A stretch of DNA of 64,000 nucleotides. Source: Tubiluchus corallicola (taxonomy: Eukaryota > Animalia > Priapulida). A program made the position numbers and the translations under genes. Position 1 is the stretch's first letter. Each line of letters starts with the position of its first letter. The notes beneath the pieces were generated by a model. It searched no databases. It saw nothing but the letters and a program-made list of their open reading frames with translations, and was not told the origin of the DNA. Positions 38,301-49,319 of this stretch are shown piece by piece. Location: positions 620,001 to 684,000 of the forward strand of contig JAQGDQ010000047.1 of assembly GCA_030141605.1 (NCBI GenBank), given 5' to 3'.

Positions 38301-41300
38301 TGAATGCTGTTTACGTTTGGATGTTGTATAATGTATTGGGATAATTAGGGTAGAATTCTGTCTTGATGAAATAAAATTTTGTAGCTATTATTTGACATAT
38401 CTTTTGCCAGTTTTGCTGCAGGACAACGCCAAGGAATTTTGAAACAGCTATTTTGCTAACTTACTTTTCAAAGAACGTACACATAGATGTGTAATGATCA
38501 ATAGTATTACTGAAGCTGAAGCCTGTGGAGGAACGAATTGTTTAACACTAATACAATTTTCTGACCTTCAGTTCATTACTTTTATTGGTGTGCATTATCC
38601 AAATAATTCAATTTTTACTGTTACTATAAATTTATCATCTTTCCTATCATATGACTATGTAGTCTTTGTGAAACTATTTATTCGTCCAGATCTTCAGAGT
38701 CCCTGAGGAAACTTACATACCACACCACTGAATTGACCATTACAGTAAATCTTCAAGTATATTTAATTTGAGATGATATATCATACGGTATGACAGTTTT
38801 TATCTGAGAGGTGCACAGGGATGCCATGTGCTGTCCAATACTGAAATTCTGATCTTTGAGCAAGGTGGTTTATTAACTGGCATTGTTTGCCACTTGGTGC
38901 TAACTGTTTTCATTATTGTTGATAGCTAGAACTGCAAAACTTGTGTAGATTTTTAAAAATCACTCAAAATCTATAGAATCCGGACTGCACCCTGGCAAAT
39001 AAAATTTTCAGTATTGTACCTTTGTCAAAATTTGGAAACCAAAATACGATCTAGCAGTAATGCAGTGAAAGGCAAATTGCATGGCCTGACTTACTATAAC
39101 TAATTCATAAAAATAATATTATAAAAATAATTTATTATATAATTCAGAATTTATGATTTATAATTACTTTATGAAGAGCTACTAAAGAACAGTGATAATG
39201 AAAACGGCAGTTTTTTCATTGGGACGTTTTATTATATCAGATCTTCAGAATCCACCTATACAGGTTATTATATACTCCTAACACTGTTGTCATGGCTACA
39301 AACTCTGTCAGTTTAAGGATGAAGCCAGTTCAGCTCTTAATACATGTAATTCCTTGTGATACTGACTTCAGGGCAGATCTGGGGGCCTCCTCTGAAGTCC
39401 AAAAGGGTATGAAATATTTGTAGGGCTCAACAGACTCATGGATCATTTTCTAAATTCATACATGCATTGGACTTTAGTTTGTCCATATTTTTATTATCTG
39501 ACAAATTATAACTAAGCTCTGCTTGTTTCTTTTTATTTAGTATATTTCGAAATATGATTTTCTTTCTTCTCATGACTAAGATGTCTCTTAATTTCGTACT
39601 TGGTCTAACGCTTCTACAATTCACGGTTTATGATAAAGCTGTCATCTTCTGATTTAAAGCGCCGACGCAGCCTCAGACTCTTATTGTCCTGGTTTACATT
39701 TATATGATGCTGGTACTATATACATAACTTGCATCAATAACATCAGTCAGCATGTTAGGTATACCAGCATAACCACATTTTCAGTGAAAAGCTGCTGTAG
39801 ATACTTAATTGACTTGCACTTACTGCCAAGTTGCTGTTCACTTTACCGCTACCTGACACCATCTACTGTTAGTGCAAACTATTGGTAGATCCAGATTTAT
39901 ATAATTAACACTCCCAGTAATTATAAAGACATTTATTAAAACAATTCCCGCCTGACATCAATCTGCAATGTGCACAATCTTTTATCTTTTGTTAACATGC
40001 CTTGCACATGCCAACAGCACAATTTCATATATATGGCCTATGTGATTTTACACAGCCTAGGTCTTAAGAATACCATATACAAATGGTCAAATTAAATGCC
40101 TTGATAAGCTACACTACACGTGTACTGAAAAAAGTTCATCTGTTTAGGCCGGTTATGGACTCTATCAGGATGCAAATTTAGCAATTGTTTCTAAATGTGT
40201 TTAGTTCAGTGCACAAGTTTAGTTCATTTGATGTGTGAATAAGCGAATCAGTTGAAATCTAGCATGCACCAGTGAGAATGTCATTAACATGGAGGCATCC
40301 TTGCAGTAATGCGAGAGTGCATTTTTTTGTAATTTCGCATTTAGGTGTTTCCTAGACAACCAGATTAATTTAAAATATGCTGCAAATGTTATAGTTTTGT
40401 GTAAACAGGGTATCACTAACTCACAAAAGCTACAAGGTTTTCGTTAATATGGAGATGTAGTAAACATTGCAACTTTAGTTTACCGGCCATGCGGACCAGT
40501 GTACGGACAATTTTTGCCTGTCCTTGGGGCAGATTACTCAGAACTTCCAGGAGGATCAGTGCTAAATTTGTGCCCACTTATAGAACTTTAATTCAGTTGA
40601 CTAGGCCCTACATTTAGAATTAGTGATTCAAGGAGATTATGTTTCGCATTTCACACCGACTGTTTTGATTTAGTCTCGTATTTTAGGAAATACTTGCATG
40701 CTGACAAATGTTCTCAAGTGATATAGTTACATAGGTTTCATTCTGTGTTACTACTGTTTGCAAAAATTACTTATGATACACATTGCTTCAAAATTATTTG
40801 TTAAAACATAGCAAATTTGTTAAATAACAGGGATAATGCCCTAGTATTGCATTCAGCTGCTGTGGGCGCAAGAACGTATTCATAAATGAATCAGAAGCTA
40901 CAACAGAAGATTGGTTACAAATGCCATGTGAACCTGGTTGAGGCAACGCAAAAACATCAATGCCAAAAACACAATAAAATTAAATACTGAAGTAAATACT
41001 CAGAACACTGAGAGTCGGATGGCTGATAATCGTGCTCTCAAATTCCTAATGCATACATGTGTACTTATACATACGGCTTCTAGAAACATAAGCCACTCCA
41101 GGATTAAAACATTGAAGAATATACACGAAAGGAAATGTGCATTTTATCAATATGATATTTGCCGATCTCTTTTGGCGCTCAAAAGATTTGAAAAAAATAA
41201 TAGCTGCATCGTATTTGAAAAATATCTGCTTTGTTATTGATTTACCTGAATTATGATTTAACGGTTTAACTAATAAATAAAGTGTTCAAGGTTTACTTTC

Positions 41301-41433
41301 GTTTGCACCCACAAAACACGTAATGGGAACTATTAAATGATTAATGAGAAATTAACATACCTATCCTGCCCTCGGAAAAGCAAAAACTTATTCCGCATGA
41401 CAGAAGCACCAAAAGCCACCACCACCTTGTCAT
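5440..41433 (-). CDS. PTPRN: Receptor-type tyrosine phosphatase IA-2/phogrin (PTPRN/PTPRN2) homolog, 5' part (13 exons, 761 codons; continues beyond left edge)
   Basis: Exons (minus): 41433-41361, 32567-32517, 27451-27274, 25702-25510, 23129-22238, 21583-21341, 21138-21037, 20437-20333, 19246-19151, 17907-17790, 16777-16694, 15710-15631, 5507-5440. All introns are GT-AG and phase-compatible. The protein begins with a signal peptide MTRWWWLLVLLSCGISFCFS. Next comes GCLISPDLCVAGEDCIDDDLFGNCQ...LESEIQRLIKYGFSWYDDYTQCVL, matching the RESP18-homology region of IA-2 (recalled human GCLFDRRLC...CIQDGLFGQCQ...GLSWHDDLTQYVI). It ends with AYIVTKDRLTPSIAQTLLDAIARALELDPSTFSDLRIDGPQMTFRVNPNERGMNASQVARAV...ILDAGIGDK, matching the membrane-proximal IA-2 ectodomain (YIVT...GPALTFR...ILQTGVG). 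Confidence 0.92.
5573..5645. repeat. Interrupted (CA)n/(CG)n microsatellite
   Basis: Direct reading of the sequence. Confidence 0.85.
6047..6090. repeat. Interrupted (CAG/CAA)n trinucleotide repeat, intronic
   Basis: GCAGCAGCAACAGCAGCAGCCACAACAACAGCAGCAGCAGCAAC. Confidence 0.85.
7041..7580. repeat. Diverged tandem repeat, 3 full units plus a partial one (about 140-195 bp)
   Basis: CATAAAAA(A)TCAA(T/G)AA restarts near 7042, 7180, 7356 and 7551. The internal motif GTGC(T/G)ATGA(G/A)ACGA..GAA recurs in each full unit. Confidence 0.75.
8545..8748. repeat. 34-bp minisatellite, about 6 copies
   Basis: The consensus AGCATGCAATGTTGTCTGCACTGATCACTGTGAC repeats head-to-tail with substitutions. Confidence 0.9.
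12491..12570. repeat. 40-bp tandem duplication
   Basis: ACAATCCAATGTTTTGTCAGTTTC(G/T)TAA(C/T)TGAGTGCTATT occurs twice, with 2 mismatches. Confidence 0.92.
13260..13829. mobile_element. 570-bp TTAA-flanked non-autonomous DNA transposon (Kolobok-like MITE)
   Basis: TTAA|AGGAAAACAGGACC ... GGTCTGGTTTTCCT|TTAA gives a 14-bp TIR (12/14 match), a TTAA target duplication and AGG...CCT termini. There is no long internal ORF. Confidence 0.72.
19480..19934. mobile_element. Inverted-repeat element (arms about 80-85 bp), Penelope-remnant- or MITE-like
   Basis: 19480-19564 (ATGAATTATTTAAAACAGAAC...TGATATATCTGTGATGAAAGTTAAATTTACAC) is the imperfect reverse complement of 19855-19934. There is an extra 18-bp inner hairpin at 19791-19808 / 19825-19842. 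Confidence 0.65.
22117..22144. repeat. (TA)n microsatellite
   Basis: Direct reading; a similar interrupted run lies at 45607-45641. Confidence 0.92.
28191..28566. mobile_element. Possible degenerate MITE
   Basis: TACATACGTGAGTAAGTTCCCCGTAGT at the left is loosely inverted by ACTACGTAAACTGGGAACTACGTTTATGTA at the right; the match is gapped. Confidence 0.35.
29209..29319. repeat. (GA)n microsatellite
   Basis: A pure GA run at about 29236-29319 is preceded by a G-rich interrupted part. Confidence 0.97.
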
Positions 41434-41563
41434 TATTTCGTTGGGTTACATTTTAATCTATTTCGTCGTAAATTAGCGTTTTCATCTTAATATAAAATGA
41501 ATAATTCGGCTTTTCGCAGCACTCCCTAGAGCTGAAAACAACCTACTGTTTTCGCTCGCCTAC

Positions 41564-41596
41564 AATATGGCGGTGTATGACGTCACTATGACGTTG
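41564..41596. promoter_or_regulatory. CRE palindrome (TGACGTCA 41578-41585), adjacent TGACG half-site and ATGGCG (YY1-like) motif in the PTPRN / RS-gene divergent promoter
   Basis: The sequence AATATGGCGGTGTATGACGTCACTATGACGTTG lies about 145 nt upstream of the PTPRN ATG, in a locally CpG-rich stretch between divergent genes. Confidence 0.55.
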
Positions 41597-42539
41597 TAGT
41601 TGGTGGGCTTCATGGCTTCACCCACGATTGCATTACTTTTAATTAGGACTGCCCCTGCTGCGTTTTGCAAACGCAGATTTTATCTTTGCTTGGAAAAATA
41701 ATGGCGACTTTATTTGTTGCAACATAAGAGGAATAATTTATACCTATTAATGACTAGACTCTATAACAGCTAATAATTACTTTTATTGCATTTTTTGATT
41801 CTGTAATTATATATTTATATTTATAGTTATAATGCGTAAAATTAATAATTGTCTAAAATCATTAACATTGTGATAAGTGTGCGTTATATGTATTTATTAC
41901 TTGTTCATGATTTGAACAACTTCTTGTATAATTTATTACTAATACTATTTCTTTTACCAATTGATTAAAATCTTTATTTATAAGTATATTAAAGTATACT
42001 AAAATAATTATTACAGTATGTAATTTTATTTTATGGTAAAACCAAACAAAACGGATTCTATGTTTAATTATTATTTTCTGTGCAGTCGCTTCATGGCAAA
42101 CAGTAGCCAATATGCACTAGTCGAAACAATGCTTTTTGATAACATTTAATAATATCAAGTGCTTAGGTTATGTTATTAACTGCCTTTGGCTATTTTCTCA
42201 TGCTGCCCTTGAATACAAATCATATAAACCTGCATATTAATCTAAAGATCATCGGATTGTTGTGCATGTTCTTTTAGGGGACTTATTAATTTTTTTACAA
42301 AGAGCTAACATTGCAATAAAATTACTAATAATCAATGCATTAAAACTTTAAAACTTAGTGCTTGTATAAAAGTCGCGCATATTATTATAAGTAAAAATCC
42401 TTATTCTGACTACTATAAAATCATAAAAATATGTAAATGTGGTGCCCTCTAATGCGTGAAATAAACAAAAAGCTAAGTTACCAAGCAATCACTATGTGGC
42501 ACCACAGTCACTTCTTTGCGCTCATTATGTTTACCTTTG

Positions 42540-42639
42540 ATGAGTTAGAGTATTGATAATTAGTATATTAAGCAGTTTGCGATGATTTTTGTTTGGTTAG
42601 AGTATCAGCGAATAACCGTTTTGCCACGCCGTTGAGAAG
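42540..42639 (+). other. Probable non-coding first exon (5' UTR) of the RS-rich gene
   Basis: A CpG-containing stretch ends in the donor AAG|GTAAAG at 42639/42640. A strong acceptor (long pyrimidine tract + TGCAG) ends at 44255, 50 nt before the ATG. The start coordinate is approximate. Confidence 0.5.
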
Positions 42640-44305
42640 GTAAAGCGATTTTAACTAGTCTGATCTTGAAATTTATCACGGTTAAAGGTTCAGATGAGCG
42701 AGATTCCACAAGTATCGAGTTTTGGGTAGCCCTGCAAAAAATCTCATAACTTGGCAGGTCTGCAATAAGCCGCCTTTTTGATTTAAATCTAATTCACTGG
42801 TTGCTGCTGTCAACAGTTTTTTCTTTTTAAACTCTCTGTCTCTCCCTCTCTCTCTTTCCCTCCAGTTTTTTGGTTTATGCTTTCAACAGTTGTATTTCCA
42901 TAGAGCTAGTGGTTACAAGCATTATTTGTTTCTGTTTACGTTGCATTAATTAATAATGTTCTCTTTTGGCTTTGTGCTTGATTGCCTGAACTTCGGGTTG
43001 GATGGTGCAACCTGCATTTATTTTTTACATTAATTTCCTAGGGTGTAGGTTATATGCATGACAAAATTATTATCTAATGGTTCTGTAATTCATTAAACCT
43101 TGTTAATGATTTTATGTGTCTGAAATTCACTCTCCTTTTTACAGTTTTGCCTGAAACAGGATTTTCCATGACTGTCTATCCTTTAAATCACCTAAGTTGT
43201 CAATTCAGTAAATTAATTTGATAGGTCATTTCAACAAGTTGGCTTGATCTGGTAAAGGTGCTCAGTTAGTGTAATCATATTTTTTGTTTAGATAAATTAT
43301 GAATTGGGAATCATATTCCTCTTTTAACAATCTAGTTTAGGAGGAGTTACCCAAGAAACAAACCTAAACTTTCTATATATAACTTGATGCGTATCTGGAG
43401 CATGCAGTTATTAAGATGCCACTGTGCTACAGAAAAGTAGTAAATGCTTTTGTACGCAAATTTGTTTTGCAACTTGTATAAAATTTTGTGTCACAAAGTG
43501 CTGATTTAAATAAGGTAGTTTATCTGGAGTGTAACAACCCGAAAAGAGGCACTGAAGGGTTAAACTTAAATATTAAATATCATTAGTTTTAATTACACTG
43601 TAAAGGATGAGAATAGGTTTCAGATATTGATTTTTTATCCTTTAATATAGTATTAGACACCATTTTGTTGTATAGGTTTAATACTCTTGACGTAGAGGCA
43701 CATACGTACACAGTTACCTGAAAGGGCACGCAATAGTTGCAAAACATTAAACCTGATTAATTTATTAATATTTAATTAATTCATTATTTATTACTACAAA
43801 TGCAGTGAGTCTATCTATTTTGTACAGAGTCTAGCCGTCTCTGTGTTCATTCAAAGGCAGAAGTCGAAACATGTTTCTTTATGAATAACTTTTGTTCTGG
43901 TGTCATAGTGAAAGCACTAGGTAACCATAATAATGAAAAGTGTTGAACTAGGAATTGTGAATTGTGTACTTGCATACTTAATTGTGCTACTTTTATGTGA
44001 TTAAAATGTTTTCTCTCATATTTCCTGTTAAGCCTACTGTCTGCTTACTTTGTAAAGTGTGCTAACAAAATAGTCCGGTTTTGTGTTACATTCTCAGCGA
44101 CAAGTAATTTTTTTATTGCCACGTAGCAAATCTAGTTTGCATGAATCACATTTAATACTTACTGGCGATCACTAAAATTTTGTTTTTGATTTGTGGTTAG
44201 GCTACTGCTAAAATCACTGAGATTTTTTCAAATTTTTTCTTTCTTTTTGTTGCAGTGTACAGAAATTGCTTGAAATTTTATTACAAATTGAAGCGAAAAA
44301 GAAGT

Positions 44306-47300
44306 ATGCCTTATTACAATAAAGAAGATCGACATACATACAAGCGCAGTAGGTCGAGGTCTCCACCTAGACAAGGACGTTATGCACCTACGTCAAAATC
44401 ACATCTGTCAAGGTCAAGATCAATAACTCCGCATCGCACAGCAACAGGCAGATCAGATGAGCAACTTGGACGAAGAATACCTTATTTGGAAAAAAGGAGG
44501 TCCTACTCAAAGTCGCCAATACGTGGCAGGCCAGGTGGCAGAAACCGCTCTCGTTCTCGCACACCACAGAGAAGCCGTGAGACTCGAAGAAGAAATTCAG
44601 TGAGCAGATCATCTCCTATGAAAACATCAAAAAAGTATGAAAGGTATCCTGGAAGTAATTCACCTCCAAGAAAAAGTGAACGTAACGAATCACGTGGACA
44701 AAGAGGTTCAGCTTCTAGGAGAACCGATGACTATCGTAAGTGGAAAAATCAGCACAGTCATTCCAAATCCCCACTTCGGGTTACTACGAGAAACGAACGT
44801 CAGAGGAAGTCATTGTCTCCAGTTGTGCATACTAGATCTGTCCATAAGAGAGAAGAGGAAAGTATTTCTCCTGCGACCTCTCCCACAAATTATGCCAAGT
44901 CTGGTTCTTCCCGGAAATCCAGCAGGGCAGCAGAAGGAAAAAATAGATCTCAGTCACCTAGGCACACCCCGGAAGACAAAAAACATTTTTCAGAATCACC
45001 AAGGCAGAAACCTCGACAAAAATCCCAATCAAGAGAGGACAATACCAGGCCTGTGGGGAGAAGACGTCCTTCTTCCAGTGATAGGTTCGATAATACTTAT
45101 TTACTTTTCAATTTTTTTGGTTATTTTTAATGCCATTTACACCTGTTTTTAGGTAGATGAGTAAGATTAGAAACCCTCGTCAGGTCATTTGATGTGTTAT
45201 ATAAATGGCAGGAAGTCAAGATATCATTTAAGCTTGAGATGCATATACATGCATGCGCGCCCCAAGGCATGGTTAACTGGTTTTAGCGTGCTAAGCAATT
45301 AAATAATGTGCTGTGTCCACTTGAATGTAAGATATTCTTAGAAATACAAAAACGACAGGTCAAAAGTTTTGTAAGAGCCCCTCGGTTCAAACTCTAGCCT
45401 TTGTGCTGTTTAGAGTCTTTGAAAAAATGGTGGATGTATGCAAACTTATGAAGTTGTTTGGTGGCCTTTGAGTTAGCTCTTTCATTTGATGTTTAGAACT
45501 CAAATTCTACCCTTTAAAATACCTTTATTAAAACAGCATTTCTACAAAACAGATTTTGATTTTTTTTAATACCAAGTTAGTAGTATCATATTATTATCTT
45601 AAACAGTATATATATATATATATATATAATAATATATATATTAGGTGAAGGAGAACAGGCGCACAAAATAAATTTTCAAACAGCCAAATTGGATGTATAA
45701 ATTTATTGGGTATGTGATTTATATGCGTTTTTATCTTTTTATCTAGATCTATTTCGCCGCCTCAGTCAAGTACAAAGGACAAAAAGCTGAAATATGTAGA
45801 GCCAAAACTAAAACACGGCACAGGATCAGATGAAGAAAAAAGAGATCGAACTAAAAGATTTGATCCTCCGGAAAACTTTACCATTCGCCTGACTCGAGTG
45901 CAGAAAGAACCAACACCACCCCCAAAGCGGGTAGGAATAGATAAAATTTATCTACCAAGACGCAGCTCTGAAGGGCGGACCAGTTTATTTGATCGAGAAG
46001 AACTTAAGGGATTAGTGCACCTTGATTACAGTGACCGAGAAACACAAAAGGGCAGAAAGAAAGGAGACAGAAGAGACTTTGCTGTGAACAGAGACAAAAA
46101 GGATAACGAAACTCATATAACTAACATTTCTTTGAGTGATCGATGGCGGCTTCTTGCATCAAAGCTTTACGAGGAAAAGAGTGAATCAAGGCATGCAGTA
46201 AAGCAGAAATCCAGATCTCCGATGCACACCAGCAGACATGACTCTCGATTAGTGAGCGATCGTCATGTGAAAGGGACCGCCTTGGTTAAGCAAGACTTGC
46301 ACAGATCAGACTTAAGATATAGTATTCAGGGTGAGAAGAGTGCCAACAGCCGTGGGGTGGGACGAGGTGACTTGAGATATAGTTTAAAGAATAGCAGACA
46401 TCAAGAGGACGATGGGTTAAAAAGCAGCAGAGGTCAACGTTATGGTGAAGAAAGAAGAGTTAGTACAGCTGGAATGGGCAGAGTCTCATCTCCTGGTCAT
46501 CGAAGGACCATATTGAATCCGTCCTCAACAAGAATTGGTAATGATCTTAACTGCATATTAGAAAAATCGGTTAAATTGATTTCTAAATAAGGCAACATCA
46601 AGGTAATCAGTTTTAAGGCCTTTTATTCAAATGCTTGTGACAGTTTCAGTAAATGTTTCACATGGAAAGTACTATTTTTGAAGATAATCAAATTGAAAGC
46701 CCATTGTAGCGTCACTGATGTCATTCAGTCCTCTGTATTAGCTATACATTTACCAGAAACTGAGGTGTTTATTTAACATCACTGAACTAAACAAATGTGG
46801 TCATACTTTGTAAATTATACCAGGTCATCAAGAAGAAAAACATTTTCTTAACTTAATATGTAACCTTTCATCCTGGTAAAGGCATTTGTAAAAGAAGCCC
46901 ACTTCATTGTATATTCTGCTTTCTCCTCTTTCCAGTGACTTGTAAACGTCTCTCCAAGACACCACTATGCATTGTAGTGACATTTTTTGCATAGCTTTTT
47001 AGAAAGAGAAATCGGGTCATACAGTGATGTGAGACTCTTACAAATGCCTGTACATGATGAAGGTTATGAGTTGGTTTGGGGAATGTTTTTTTGTTGTATA
47101 AGTGACAACCTTATACTGTGCTAACTTACTTTTTGATTTCAGACAAAAGGTCTGAAGAGTTTACAGGCTTAAAAGGTGAACCTGAAGGAAGATATACTTC
47201 TGATAGGCAAAGAAACACGAAATATGAATTGCCAAGCTTCAGTAAGAGACCAGATAAGGGCCAAATACCTGTTCTTGAGCTACTGAATCCAGAAATAATA

Positions 47301-49319
47301 CCAAAGGGTGGTTATTACTATGAGGTACTCCAGAATTGTTGGTTTTTATCTTATCTTAGACAGGCCTTGTATAATATTACTGTCACTTTACACGTTGATG
47401 CTTTTTATACAGTGCCATTCTGTTTAATCAAGATTTTGCTTGCAGTGATTATTAATTGCAGATATAAAGTTAATAATTCTTAAACATTTATATAGGTGTA
47501 TTTTTTAAATTTTGAAAATACAGTTTCATGAAAAGCTTTACATCTATTGTGGTAATATGTAGTCACACATTTTATACTATAATATATTTTAGTTTTTGTC
47601 TGTGAAAGCTGCCTCTGTAAAAATGGAGAAAAGTGAATTGTAAAAGTGAAAGTGTAAATTGTTGTAAATGAAAGTTTTATTAATTCATTTCTTACTAGTA
47701 AATTGAATTTGGGTTCCATAAGTGTCGATTTTTGGATAAATTAAGATTTAGAAATTTTGAAAGTTTATTGCATTTTCAGCATGATGACCGACTGCGTCAG
47801 GATAACTGGAACATTAATCAAGACACATTTAATAGAAGACTGCCTGAAAGTAGCTGGGGGCGTGGTGGAGGTCGAGGAATGAGAGGCCGAGGTTTTTTCA
47901 GAGGAAGAGGATCAAGAGGTGGCTTTAGAGGTTTTGGGGGCCGTGGCAGAGCAAGAGGCTGGGGTATGCTTAATTTGCTTAGCATTAACTAACCTTGACT
48001 TTATATGAAAGTTGCTGGTTTGTAAGATTGAATTTCAATGTTTTTTTTGCAGTTGATGATTTGCATCAATGCTTACATCTTGCTTTTGAACTTTTATGAT
48101 CCCTAATTTAGCATCCATTATTTTCAAATTAGGATATAACGTATAGTCGAGTTCTGCAAAATAAGGGCAGCCAAACCTTGGTAAAAGTTCTTGTTCTAAC
48201 TGACATTATTTCCTTGCTTGAAGAAGCTTTTGAGAAGCTTAATTGTTCTAAAGCACATTAATCTAATAAATTATCACTCAGTAAATCAAATACAGTGCAT
48301 ACAATGTAATAATATCTTTATTAAAACTAGATGTTTCGGTAACCTGCTGATCATTGTCAATAATACATCTTCTGTAAATATAAGATACTATTAATAATTA
48401 TAACTAATATTACTTATAATATCTCATGTTTACAGAATTATCACTGCCTGACTGAAACATTTACTTTTAAAAAAAGATATTGGTTGCTACAATGCCTGAC
48501 TTCATTAGACATTGGTATAGTAATAACAGAAATAAAATATATTTGCAAATATGCATATATTTTGATCCACATAAGCCTAAGCACTTGATGATAACTTTAA
48601 CATATTCAGTGTAAACGCAACTATACTTTTGTCACAGAGAAGTTTTAACATTTGTAGATCGCCTCTCAGTCACCAGAAGACATGGCAGTGTTGAACAAGA
48701 CTGGAAGCATGACAAGTATGAGATAGATGAAGTAAGCTGAAACAATTAATTCATTTTAAGTAGTCCCAGGCACTTAAATACTTTTTGTGTAATTTGAAGG
48801 GATAGGATAGCTAAGTGGCCATGATGTGTTCTTTCCTACGAAGCTAAGCCGTGTCTGGCCAGGTTAGCAAATCGATGACTGACCAACAGAAAAAGTGCTA
48901 CCTGGTCACATCGTTTGCTGAGCTACTTTTTATATTGAGAAAGAACCCTCAGGATTTGCTGCTGTTGCTACGTCTACAAAATTACTACTACCACTACCAC
49001 TACTACTCGCATGATCTCAACATGGTAAATCTCTGCCAGTTCAGTGGTGTCTTATTTAATATGAATATTCTTTGTAATGAGTTACGGTTTGGTCCAACTA
49101 CAAATTACCCATGCTGGGCTTCGGGTTGCGGTGTGCCAGACTACATAAAAAAGTATTATATTGTGGAGTTACATAACAGTTTTTCAATTATGTTATTTTC
49201 GTTTTTATATTTTGAATTGTGTATCTAGTCAGATATATTGACTTTGAAATATGCATTTAATCAAGTTCTTCACTTATGTTTTGCAGGACCAGAAACCAAG
49301 CAGCACAACTGTGACTTGA
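44306..49319 (+). CDS. RS-rich nuclear protein with RGG box and C-terminal Btz/SELOR-like motif (THRAP3/BCLAF1-like), 680 aa
   Basis: Coding exons 44306-45084, 45747-46537, 47143-47324, 47780-47963, 48658-48731, 49287-49319 total 2043 nt, are phase-consistent and end in TGA. The N-terminus is RS/SP-repeat rich (RSRSRSPPR, RSRSRTPQRSR). The C-terminus NPEIIPKGGYYYEHDDR - RGG tract - WKHDKYE resembles the recalled BCLAF1/THRAP3 tail (PKSKKYFLHDDR...RGRGRG...WTHDKY) and the CASC3 SELOR motif (NPAYIPRKGLFFEHDLR...WEHDKF). The gene model is solid; the orthology is inferred. Confidence 0.82.
48311..48481. mobile_element. Inverted-repeat remnant, Penelope-like
   Basis: AATATCTTTATTAAAACTAGATGTTTCGG (48311-48339) pairs with CTGAAACATTTACTTTTAAAAAAAGATATT (48452-48481). 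The inner TTCTGTAAATATAAGATA pairs with TATCTCATGTTTACAGAA. Confidence 0.55.

Noticed and set aside
44637-45152. 171-aa alternative-frame ORF overlapping the RS exon
   Set aside because: No recognisable motif; open alternative frames are common over biased RS-coding sequence.
45645-45709. Possible poison cassette exon (TTAG|GTGA...TGG|GTATGT)
   Set aside because: The downstream intron would be only 37 nt, and the acceptor lacks a pyrimidine tract (it follows a TA microsatellite).
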